A DNA stretch of 64,000 nt from Octopus vulgaris (taxonomy: Eukaryota). The stretch covers positions 71,920,001 to 71,984,000 of the forward strand of contig OX597828.1 in NCBI GenBank assembly GCA_951406725.2. The letters run 5' to 3'. How positions within the stretch are numbered: position 1 is the first letter of the stretch; the number at the start of each line of letters is the position of its first letter. Positions 1 through 12,709 of the stretch are shown in pieces. The position numbers were made by a program, and so were the translations under genes. The notes beneath the pieces are model-generated. The model saw nothing but the letters and a program-made list of their open reading frames with translations, was not told where the DNA came from and made no database searches.

Positions 1-401
1 ATGTACATAAGACAAGCTATAAATAATAATCATTACACATTTTTCCTGTTTTAGAATTAATTTTGCTTACAATTGTTTCCAGTAGTCGTTATAGTGTGTA
101 AAACGATTCTGTGTGAAAACCAGATAGACCGGAGCGCAATATATATTTACAATATAGAATGGTGACGAACCTCCTCGGACCCTGCTAGAAGATACTTGAA
201 GCTTTTTTACTAATCTAAACAATACTGTTAACCCGATGAGCCAACATAGAGCTTATGAAGACTTTTGCCCGGATTGATAATCCTTCACTATTAGCTCTGT
301 TTTGATATATATATAAGGATAAGATCATTAATTTAAAAATAATATAACGATTTTATCAAGTGGTCAGCATGGAAAAAATAACCTTCAAAGGTAACAATTA
401 T

Positions 402-590
402 TAAAATTATAAATTTGGGTATCTACGAGATACCACCATGCTGAAAATAGCAGCCATGAACTGACTCTAAAACCACCTTAATTGTCCATATATCATTGAT
501 ATATGGACAATTAAGGTAGTTTTAGAGTTAGTTCATGGGTGCTATTTTCAGCATGGTGGTATCTCGTAGATACCCAAATTTATAATTTTA
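402..590. repeat. Near-perfect fold-back palindrome (~94-bp arms, 1-nt loop)
   Basis: Centre TATCA-T-TGATA at 491-501; 3 mismatches between arms; abuts (TA)n/(GATA)n. Confidence 0.95.
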
Positions 591-603
591 TATATATATT
601 CAT

Positions 604-703
<100 letters not shown>

Positions 704-814
704 AAGAGTTCCTCAAGCACCCAAGCATGAGTCCACTGCATTTTATAGCGGAAACACCTATAAGCTAATGCAGTTCATAAGGTAATCACTTATTCCTTGG
801 TGCCATCTTATATA

Positions 815-875
<61 letters not shown>

Positions 876-988
876 TTGTTTGTTTTTATGTCGAGTTATA
901 CGTACAAACAATTTGTCAAGAAACTGGAGGATTATACACCATTATTTCTTAATAGAGTACATATTTCTTAAATTTTACAAAGGAAATG

Positions 989-1038
989 TTGAAAGTGACT
1001 TCGAAGTTTCGGCTTCTTCGCCCTCATCCGACTGTCAG
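989..1038 (-). ncRNA. Degenerate type I hammerhead ribozyme (Penelope-like pLTR remnant)
   Basis: Minus strand: GACAGT-CGGATGAG-GGC gaagaa GCC-GAAAC TTCGAA GTC-ACTTTC. Palindromic stem III, U4>G change. Truncated relatives at ~3613-3640 and ~29290-29312. Confidence 0.6.
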
Positions 1039-1089
1039 ATAGAGACGAGAAATGTCAATTAATATATATATACATATTTCTTTTTTTTA

Positions 1090-2035
<946 letters not shown>

Positions 2036-2546
2036 TTAAAAAAAATATCTATTTTTCTGGAAGTTATGAGGAAACAAAGTCGGGGGCGGGGAGCACTTGG
2101 GGAGGCATGCCGAATAGAGAAATAAATTGGGGTCTGAAAAATTAAGCTTTATGCTCGTAGAATTTGGGTTCGTATATATGAGCGTGTGCACGTGTGCGTG
2201 TGTGTGTGTGTTTATGCATACACACACACATTCATACGCACACTCACAATAAGGTCCGTTGTTTTGATGCATGGATTGAGATTGAAGTGTGAAACAATTA
2301 AGGTTGGTGTGTATACAAGTAAAGTTGGTGTGTATACAACTGAAATGGTATATATACAACTTATCTTGACGTGCACAGAGTAACGTTGCTGCGTTTAGAA
2401 TTAAATGTTGAGGTGTGTTTGTGCGTATCATAATTTCTACACAAATACTGATTTGTGTAGAAAACTTTTTGCGAGTGTATAACCCAGTTTGATGTCTTCT
2501 ACACCCATAATGACGCGTGTATAATTAAGAATAATGAACCACTTAC

Positions 2547-2871
2547 CTTTGTTATTGTGTATATATGTAACTTTGGTGTTTCCCAAGATTTCATCAATTG
2601 AATGCTGGTTGTTGTTCGTGGTCACCCTCTGTGGCCCTTCGATTAAAGATCGATGAAGGAAGGAACCGGTGCAACCTAAAGCGTCTCTGGCAGCTTGATT
2701 CCTTTCGTTTGCACCTGTAACGATACCGTTTAAGGGCAGCAATGACATCCCTGTTGTGCCTTGCAGACTCACTTTCTCTTCCGCCGGATCCAAACATTGG
2801 AAGGAATAATTATCGCAATAGACTTCTCTCTCTGCCTTGATATAGGCTGACGAAACGCCAGCCATCCTCAT
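2547..2871 (-). CDS. First coding exon of a probable paired-class (PRD) homeobox transcription factor with an eh1/octapeptide motif
   Basis: ATG at 2871 in CCACCACCAATG context. Non-repetitive 108-codon frame MRMAGVSS...HSIDEILGNTKVTYIHNNK ends at a canonical donor AAAG|GTAAGT (intron starts 2546, phase 1). HSIDEILG resembles the Pax3/7 (HSIDGILG) and Rx (HSIEAILG) octapeptide. No homeodomain in the window. Confidence 0.7.
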
Positions 2872-4093
2872 TGGTGGTGGTCGACGGTTTCACGGGGTGG
2901 CGGAGAGGAGGACGGAGGGGAAGTAGTAATAGCAGTAGTGGTAGTGGTAGTAACAGTGGGGGTAGGGTCGGGAGAACAGGAAGAGAGGGTGAGGGGGAAA
3001 GTCGGGAGAAAGGGGGGTGTATTGTCTGGTTCCCTACTTGGGACCCACTTGTCTCGTTTTTTTTTAATCTTTTTTTTTGAAGATTCTTTTAGAATTGCTG
3101 TCTAATATTGTTGTTGTTGTTGTTGTCGGTGGCGGTATTGGTGGCGGTGGTGGTATCACTGTTTATTAATGTTGTTGCTAGTGATGATGGTGATGAAGAC
3201 GGGGTGAATGAGGAGAATAGGAAGGATGAAGAGGATGTGGAGGGTGGGGAGGGCGGGAATCTTTGTGGAAATAATGTTGTATAATGAAGAATCGGTGAAG
3301 ATCGGTGAAGATGGAAACCAAGTTACTGTTTTGGGGGTTTAGTCTGCATGTGTGTGTGTATGTGTGAGTGTGTATGTATATATATATATATATATATATA
3401 TACGCATGTATTTATATATATATATATATATACGCCCGTGTGTGTTGGTATGTATGAGTATATATGTATATATGTATGTGTGTGTGTGTGTATATATATA
3501 TTGCTAATGTTTGTTTTTATGCTCAGCTATAATATAAAGCAATTTTTATATCAATCTAACGGGTTACTCTATACATTTGTAGGTTACAAGTTCATTCTTA
3601 AACAAGAATATTGTTGACAGTGACTTCGAAGTGTCGGCCAGTTAAACCATATGTGTGTGTGTGAGTGTGCTTGTGTATGAATACGTATATGTGTATATAC
3701 ATATGTCTGTGCATGTGTGTATGTGTGTGTGTGTGTGTGTGTATGCGCGTATGTATGTGCAGAATACAAGATTTTGCTTACAAACTTGCTTACAAACAAA
3801 AGAGTACTCAATACCTGGCGCAGAGTTTATACTTAGTAGAAACCTTTGTGCCGTGGGTGTTAACGCGTGTATATTTGAAAGTATACAACTTTTTTTGTTT
3901 ACAAGCGGTATGTAGAACAAATAATGGTTGGTGTACAAGTTTATTATTAATTACAAGTCGGACGATGATATATACACATACGTAAATATATAGATGTGTG
4001 AGTGTGTATATATATTTTAATGTCGGGTTTTAAGTGTTTCTATGTGTGTTTAAGGGCATTCCCATCCGTGTCAATTATTAACCCGGCGGTTGG

Positions 4094-4159
<66 letters not shown>

Positions 4160-4352
4160 TCTTTCCAGTTAATAAATTGTGTCGCCTCTATACATATTGC
4201 TCTGAAGACAACTGGAATGTTTCACAATAAAATATATAACAATACAGGAGAACCTTCCAAGGCTGGCTTTCACTTAAACCTGATGCCTTGTTTTTTATTC
4301 CTTTCCTCCATTCCTTGTTTGGTTATTCCTGGTAAATTCCGTTTTCTTGTTG

Positions 4353-4385
<33 letters not shown>

Positions 4386-4662
4386 GTTGTTTTCTGTGAC
4401 GTCGTTCTTCAACATTTGACTTTCGTTTTCAAACAAATTTTGCTTTTATATCAAAGACATGTTGCTAAATAAATACATATAAATATAAATATATATATAA
4501 TGCATGTATATATATACATATATAACGCATATACGCTTGCATATATGCATGTGTTTGTTCAACTGCAGGTGTATTTGCAGTTTCCTAAAAAGTAGTCGAA
4601 GAATTCTTTTGACACAATATAATCGCTCCTATAACTATCTAAACAGACACAGACACACACAC

Positions 4663-4733
<71 letters not shown>

Positions 4734-4884
4734 GGGTTATTTTTTTTAGTGTCCACAAATAATCTTCGATAAATCGTTCCTAAACACTGCTGCGTGTAAC
4801 TTTCATAATTTTTCAACACAAATTGCTATACATACATATATACATATATACATATGTGTGTGTGTATCTATGTATGTGTGTGTA

Positions 4885-4948
<64 letters not shown>

Positions 4949-5535
4949 CAATTCAACCGTGTGGTGTGCATAAATAAACAGCGAAAGAAATACGAACTTA
5001 TTGCTGAAAAATATAAATACCGGTTTTCGACTGCAACAATTAAGATTTCTGATGACGCTTAAGTGTCTCGTTATTCTTTCATTGTTAAAAATTAACCATC
5101 TGTTGATTGTTTTCTGGCTAAACTTTTCGTCAAGCGAAAAAAAATAATAATCGCTGCATTTGAATAAAATAACAAAATATAAGGAAAAGACAAATTCGTC
5201 TCCCACCCGTCACCCCCGTCCAATTCTTGAGGAACCTGATCTGTGTTCGCTTGTTCTGATTTGCCAGCTTCACTGCTGCCCCACTTTCTCTTGGAGAACT
5301 ATTCAAACCAAGCTGAAAACGTGATTGGCAGATAGTTTCTTCAAATAGGAATCTTGCTTTTTGGTTTTAGCTGCTTGTCAAACGTACCCCTATTAACCAC
5401 GGGTCAGACGGCACGTGCGCTCTCAAATACGAAGGGCGATTCTAATGTGGGGTTATGAGTGTGTTTGTAATTATATACGCATACATACACGCACGCACAC
5501 ACACACACGCACGCACACGCACACACATACACACA

Positions 5536-5907
5536 TTTTATTCTTTTATTTGTTTCAGTCATTTGACAGCAGCCATGCTGGAGCATCGACTTTAATCGAG
5601 CAAATCGACCCCAGGACTTATACTTTGTAAGCCTGGCACTTATTCTATCTGTCTCTTTTGTTGAACCGCTAAGTTACGGGAACGTAAACACACCAGCATC
5701 GGTTGTCAAGCGATGGCGGTGGTGGTGGTGGTGGTGGGGGGGACTGGCAGAAACGTTAGCACGCCGGGCGAAATGCTTAGCGGTATTTTTCCGCCGCTGC
5801 GTTCTAAGTTCAAATTCCGCCGAGGTCGACTTTGCCTTTCATCCTTTCGGGGTCGATTAAATAAGTACCAGTAACGCACTGGGGTCGATATAATCAACTT
5901 AATCCAT
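5536..5907. mobile_element. SINE family A 3' half (minus) joined to SINE family B (plus, 5743-5907)
   Basis: Matches other copies in the window; family B carries the Deu/Nin-like GCCTTTCATCCTTTCGGGGTCGAT..AAGTACCAG domain. Confidence 0.85.
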
Positions 5908-5968
5908 TTGACTGAATCCGTAACCATGTGGTTGGTAAGCAAGCTTCTTACACACCCATTCATGCACC

Positions 5969-6011
<43 letters not shown>

Positions 6012-6091
6012 TATATATATATACATATATATATATCTTTTATCGTTTACCTAGAATGCAGCCATGCTGAATGAATCAGTACTTTTTTTTA

Positions 6092-6722
6092 TCAGGTCAT
6101 CCCATAAGTTCTGTCTGATTTTACCTTTTTTAAAAAAATTGAATGAAATTTAATAGTATTTTAGAATGTCTAATGGAATTAAAAATGATTTTTATACATT
6201 TGTGTACATTTAAACTAATTAAATGTAATTTTACAGAATAATAAAATTAAAATTTCTTTCATTAAAACCCTTTCTAACATGGAAGTATCCAAAGAGCATT
6301 TAAGGCACATAATGCTTTATGAGTACAAGAAACAAAACTCTGCAGCCGAAGCGACTCGAAACATGCACTCAGTTTATGGAAAAGAGTGTTTGAATGAAAG
6401 AACTTGCAGAAGATGGTTTGCAAAATTCAGAAGTGGAGATTTCAAACCATACAACTGTTCATCGTCATCCTCAACAACTTGGAAAGGTTCCAAAACTTGG
6501 AAAATGGGTGCCTCATGAATTGTCCAAAAGTAACCGCAAATCCCGAGTTGACATCTGCTCTTCTCTCCATTCTCGCGAACGCATTTCACCCTTTTTGGAT
6601 AGACTTGTGACTGGTGACGAAAAATGGATCTTCTATCGAAATGTTAAACGTCGTAAACAGTGGCTTGGTAAAAGGGAAAAGGCTCAACCACAACCGAGAA
6701 GGGAACTTCATGGGAAAAAGGT
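6092..6722 (+). mobile_element. Mariner transposon, internally deleted and 3' truncated
   Basis: TA followed by TCAGGTCATCCCATAAG terminus. HTH MEVSKEHLRHIMLYEY...RRWFAKFRSGDF, then after a frameshift WVPHEL and VTGDEKW motifs. Confidence 0.92.
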
Positions 6723-6779
6723 GTGTGTGTGTGTGTGTGTGTGTGTGCCTTCTCTTCTTGCTCACTTTCCCTTCTCTTT

Positions 6780-7352
6780 TCATTTCACTGTATCCTTGTC
6801 ATTTTTTCTTGCCCCTCCTTAATTCTTCTGTCCCTCTGCCTCTACCTCTCTCCTCTCCCTCTTTCTTCTCTCCCCAAATGACCGGTGTTCGACCAAGCCT
6901 GATCTTTCTTGGTTCGGCCGTCATCCGTGCAACATCTATTTTCCTCCCAATGCCTATGAAATCTCGTATCCCTGTCGTAAGACTTTATTTCCACATATGC
7001 CAGCTTAATTTAATTCGTCCTTAGTCGAAAGACACCTGTTGTTATGTCCTGTTATTTGTATTTGTGTAACATTCTCCGTTTCTTTTTTTCGTCCTTGTTT
7101 TCGTATAAATTCACTGCTTTCTTCCAAGGAATCTAATACTCTTAGCTTAGTTTTCCTTGGGGCTGGGTAGATTAGAGCAAACTCGAGTATAACCTGCCGA
7201 AATTGAAAAGATAATATGGAACTCGACTGAGAAAAGAAAACCTCGAATGCCCCATCCTTGCCTTATTTGTATCGTCTATCTAAGTGTTTTGGTGTCCCTT
7301 TTTTGTATCATCTAACTGTGTGGATGTTTTTGTGTTCTTGTCCCATTTTGTA
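6780..7352 (+). mobile_element. Retroelement end (probably Penelope-like) with upstream hairpin and permuted-hammerhead-like motif, ending in (TA)n
   Basis: Hairpin TTCCAAGGAA...TTCCTTGGGG (7122-7162); motif 7178-7236; T-rich tail ending TTCTTGTCCCA before (TA)n. Confidence 0.55.
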
Positions 7353-7375
7353 TATATATATATATATATATATAA

Positions 7376-7522
7376 CGGGAAGCTTTATGAAAATAGACAA
7401 AAGACGAAGGCAGGTGGAAAACAAACAAACAATTGTATTAGTATGGCGCCCAGGAAATATAAATAAAACAAGTCTTTAACGTTTCGAGCCTACGCTCTTC
7501 AACAGAAAGATACACAGAGAAG

Positions 7523-7525
<3 letters not shown>
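7376..7525 (-). mobile_element. Short (TA)n-flanked element with minimal hammerhead (7473-7510)
   Basis: TCTTT-CTGTTGA-A-GAG cgtagg CTC-GAAAC GTT-AAAGA; near-identical copy at 34630-34792 (+). Confidence 0.7.
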
Positions 7526-7599
<74 letters not shown>

Positions 7600-7652
7600 G
7601 GAGATGTACTCGCATAGCAAGTGATTTGATCTGAGATCGTGTGCTGAAACGA

Positions 7653-7938
7653 AAACAATTGCAGCGTGGAAGGTGTTTGTAAGCCATTTAAGAAACACAC
7701 AAAAGCCGTTCGATTCACTTCAACATTTAAGTTTAATTTATCAAAATATTTTCGTCGCTAAAATCCGCGACCTGTTCACTGACAAAAATCCGATGCACCA
7801 CGGATTTTTGTCAGTGAACAGGTCGCGGATTTTAGCGACGAAAATATTTTCAAATTAAACTTAAATGTTGAAGTGAATCGAACGGCTTTTGTGTGTTTCT
7901 TAAATGGCTTACAAACACCTTCCACGCTGCAATTGTTT
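7653..7938. repeat. Fold-back palindrome (~140-bp arms) containing a degenerate hammerhead
   Basis: Loop ATGCACCA 7793-7800. Left arm, minus strand: TTTGTCA-GTGAACAG-GTCGC..GCGAC-GAAA ATAT TT-TGATAAA. Confidence 0.9.
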
Positions 7939-8054
<116 letters not shown>

Positions 8055-8179
8055 ACATATGTACACATATATAATATGCATATAATATATATATAATATA
8101 TAACAGATATATAATATATAATAGATGTATATGTAATAGACATAATATATAATAGATATATAATATATATATATATATA

Positions 8180-8366
8180 TTCTTTAATTCTTTTATTTGT
8201 TTCAGTCATTTAACTGCGGCCATGCAGGAGCACCTCCCAGGACTTACTTATTGTAAGCCTAGTACTTATTCTATTGGTCTCTTTTGCCGAACCGCGAAGA
8301 TACGGGGACGTAAATACACCAGCATCGGTTGTCAAGCGATGTTGGGGGACAAACACAGACACACAA

Positions 8367-8447
<81 letters not shown>

Positions 8448-8630
8448 TATACATATACCTATACATATACATATACGAGGAGCTTCTTTCAGTTTCCGTC
8501 TATCAAATCCACTCACAAGGCTTTGGTCGCCCCGAGGCTATAGAAGAAGACACCTGCCCAAGGTGCCACGCAGTGTGACTGAACCCGGAACCATGTGGTT
8601 GGGAAGCAAGCTACTTACCACACAGCCACT
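8180..8630 (-). mobile_element. tRNA-derived SINE family A with internal microsatellite
   Basis: A/B-box-like head TGGCTGTGTGGTAAG...GGTTCAGTC, CORE-like CCTTGGGCAGGTG, 3' tail ..GCATGGCCGCAGTT..GACTGAAAC. Confidence 0.9.
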
Positions 8631-8643
8631 ACTTACTACACGC

Positions 8644-8711
<68 letters not shown>

Positions 8712-8845
8712 ATATAGAAGGAGCTTCTACAGGACTAGAACTGTTTCATTCCTGTAGAAGCTCCTTCTATATAATAAATTAATTTTACTCTGCTATGTAT
8801 TGAGTACCTTATTTACTGTGGTTAACCCCGATTCAACCCGGGACC

Positions 8846-8919
<74 letters not shown>

Positions 8920-8920
8920 T

Positions 8921-8978
<58 letters not shown>

Positions 8979-10139
8979 TAAATATAGATATATATATATA
9001 CTTATATATATAATGTATATATATAATATATATATACTTATATATATAATGTATATAATATGTATATATACATGTACATAGATATATACATTTATGTGTG
9101 TGTATGTATGCATATATATGTGTATATGTATGTATATATATATATACATGCACACACACATAAGAGAAAGAAAGAAAGAAAGAAATGAAGAGACTTTATA
9201 CGGAGTGAATGTGGAGATGTATATAAAGGGAAATAATTAAATAAACATACAAAAAACATTTCTGTATTATTTGAAAGTTTGGTGAAATGGGCGGAGCTTC
9301 TCCAAGAAAGTGGGCGTGTCAAAGAACCATTCTTTGATATGAAGACATTGTTTAGTGGATGTTTAAGCGAAATTACGAAACCTATGTGAATTCTTTAGGG
9401 ATTTCATATCCTTACTCCAATACTACACAAAAGTTTCGGTCATTCCTTAAGGAATCGCAGAACATTAATGAACTTTGAGGTTCTTGTTAAATTTTTTCCC
9501 ACCACGTGAATTTTTTCAAATTTTCAACAGATTATATTGAAAAAAAAACGTGGTTTTGATCTTGTTTCGCTGATGACGTAACTTGCAATCATTTTGCTTA
9601 GAAATTAATAATAAATGTTACAAAAATTATACAATTTTAACCTACCGGAAGCCTCAGTTGCCTGATATGCCGGAAGTCGTGACTGTTTGACCCAATGGGA
9701 AGAGCGCACAAGTTACCTTTATGTGGTCTCGACCAGCTAGAAATAACAGACAAACCTTCTTTAAACTACGCCATAAGGTCTAAAGAAGTGGGAACGATTC
9801 CTTGTTTCACATCAAAACTAAAGTTGATCTCCTCGCTTATCGATCTCACAACCCGTAAAACACTTACTGGACCGCACAGATCGATGTTAAATGTATTTTC
9901 TGTTTTCTTATAAGAAAATTGTTTCACAAGGTTTTTTGGTGGAGAGAAAATACCATCAATGCCATAATCATCATCAGCATCGCCATCAACAACACTGCAC
10001 TTCATACAATGACAGCATTGGTAAGCAACTCTTTCTCCAAAACCACCACCACCACCATCACCCCCACCATCATCACCATCACCCCCACCCCCACCATCAC
10101 CGCCGCCGCCACCACCACCATCACCTCTTTCTTTTAAGC

Positions 10140-11225
10140 GTTTTTTTTTTTTACAATTTTGGGTAGGTCTTCGAACAAATCTTTAACCTTTTGAAAAGAC
10201 CTTTGTATATGTCAAGAGTCCTATTCAGAAGGAGATGGTAAATTTGTGAGATGCATGCCCTATGTTGAACGTATAACTGATAATAAATTTCAGGACAAAC
10301 CTTAGCTGTTCCATCGCATGCCCAGTTCTTATGTATTTCGAGATCGTGCAACCCTGCAGTCATACCAAAAAATCAACATTCTGTTTTCGTCTTCCACCCA
10401 ACAATCGTAGAGTAAAAATCTTTCTCTGTTGTGTAGGCACGTAAATTCTTCGGGAATTTCATAGCCGATTCTTGAACTAGTTACAGAAGGGACTTTTTCT
10501 TCCTTTTCTCTCCAGCTTCTAATGTTTATTGATAATCTTGAAGTTGATGTCATAAGAGAGCTTCTTTTGTCCTCAAATTCCCCCACAGACAGACCCAATC
10601 AAAGATCTTGAAGCTGACTGAGATCTAAATGCATTTTCTTTCATATTTGCTATTGCTTCTAGCATTTTTGGTTGGCTAGGGTTTGGTGGATGTGTACGCT
10701 CACTTACAATTTTACAAATTCACTATTCAGTTTTGTATGAACTCCTGATTTACAGTTTGTATCAACACACTTCCAATAGACCTTGCCTCCATATTTTCTT
10801 TCTTGTCTATAAATAAAGTTGGAGACGTCTACGAGCTTATCACAATCTCTGCTGCTTTTAATAGTGTACGGCATCGTAAGGGTTTCAGTTTCAACTTTAA
10901 AGAAAAATTGTGTAAATAATGTAAACAGTCGAGGTAACCTCTCAAAATTAGCTTTTTGCTTTTGAATTTTCAAAATAAGCTTCTTATTTTTAAATAAATG
11001 TTAAACGACCTATCTGTATTTAAATTCTCATTTCAGCAATTACCGAAAAGGTCTACCGTAAATACTATTCCTTCATCTGCCTTCTTTAATTAATGATGCA
11101 ATTACAAGTTTCTAAGCTTTACGGAAAATGTTCTTGCAGCGAAATATCCGTACAGCGAATTGTCTTACGGCGGATAGCCCTACGGCCAATTGTCCAATCT
11201 GTTTACGGCAAATCGTCCGGTCACT
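10140..11225 (-). mobile_element. Decayed Mutator-like (FLYWCH plus MULE transposase; Phantom-like) DNA transposon
   Basis: Fragments in different frames: FIYRQERKYGGKVYWKCVDTNCKSGVHT (FLYWCH), FLLYD...RMLIF, WACDGTAKVCPEIYYQLY (MULE DGTF motif). Short tandem subterminal repeats at ~11138-11220. Confidence 0.8.
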
Positions 11226-12709
11226 AATGGATAAGTCTTTGGCGTTTCGAGCCTATGCTCTTCGACAGAAAAGGAGGAGAGGGAAAAAGACGGAGAGGGA
11301 AAAATATTAAAAAAAAAAAAAAACGGAGAGAGAAAAATATGTGTAGGGATTAACGGTTTAACGTGATGAAAGATGATGATAAAATAAATGCCAGTTGATC
11401 ACCGAGGTCGATGTAATCGATTTTAGCCACTCGCCCGAAATTGTTGGCATTGTGTCAAAACTATGAAACCCGTTTTTAATGTCTGTTCCATTCGGATTAT
11501 CTTCTGTTGCTTCTTGCAGTGGAAGGCTTTGGTCGCTGACTGCAAGAATGAAACCGTTCAAATTCTGAGTTCAAATCTTGATGGAATCCATGTTTCCTTT
11601 TTAAAACTGTGGATTGGCAAAAACGTTTGTGGGTCGGACTAAATTTCAATTTTTCCGAGGTCAACTTTACCTTTTATTCTTCTGGGGTCGATAAAATAAA
11701 GTACCCGTGAAGTACTTGGGTCGAATGCTATAACGAATGCTTCCTCGATTTGAGAAAAAGATTGAACAAACTTATAATAAAGGCCGTTCCAGCCGTGACT
11801 ATTCCTCGTTTTCAATATATAGGACTCTATTTCCGAATATATATCTCCTCCATTTTCAAGACAGTAAAAGGTGAGTTTTAGAGAGATTTGGTTGCTATTT
11901 CCTGCAAGTCTAAAGTCCATATAGAGGATCATTTGATCAACTCGTCCGCCCTGCAATAATTGATGATGGTGGTGTAGGTGGTGGCGGTGGCGGCAGCAGC
12001 GGGGGTGCATAAAGGCCAAGGCTCTCCTCCTCCTCCTCTTCCTCTTCCTCTCCCTTTCCTATCCCCTCACCTCTCCCTTCTCGTCTCTCCTTTTCTGACT
12101 CTAACACAGCAATAATCCTGCCCGAGTGATTACTGTTTTCTATTAAGGATTAATCTCTAACTGTAATTATTTTAATTTTCAGGCTTTAAATTAATATTAA
12201 TTAACCCTATTATATAATTCATTAGCTGGATCATTTACATAAACATTCTAGCATAGCCTCTCGTGCCCCCCGCCCAACAGATGTCGCTGCTTCCATTTCA
12301 AAGTCAAACGTCATAGGTTAGAGTTAATTAACTCATTAGTTCTTTCTCAAAATCTTATTTTCGATACTTAATCGAAAATAATTGGTTTCTTCCCTCCTTC
12401 TTCTTTTACTCAACTCAATTCTTCCAGGGTTTTCTGATTTCTTTATTATATTCTACATGTGAAATATATCCCATGTGGCTTCTTGCAGGTTTCCAAAAAA
12501 CCTTACAAGAGAGAAAAAATGGAGTGTTTGTAAATCGGCACAGAGCGAAATATCACAAGGGAATTCGTTTGAACATTATCGATTCTCTCGCTGATATTTA
12601 CACACATACACTCATAAGCATACACGCACGCTCGTGCACGATGGCACTCACATAACATACACACATTCAGTGAGGTGGTGATCTTTATTTGGCATATTAG
12701 TCCTGTCGT

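Noticed and set aside
8711-8773. Pre-miRNA-sized hairpin
   Set aside because: Perfect arms embedded in (TA)n match the fold-back TE pattern; no known mature miRNA recognised.
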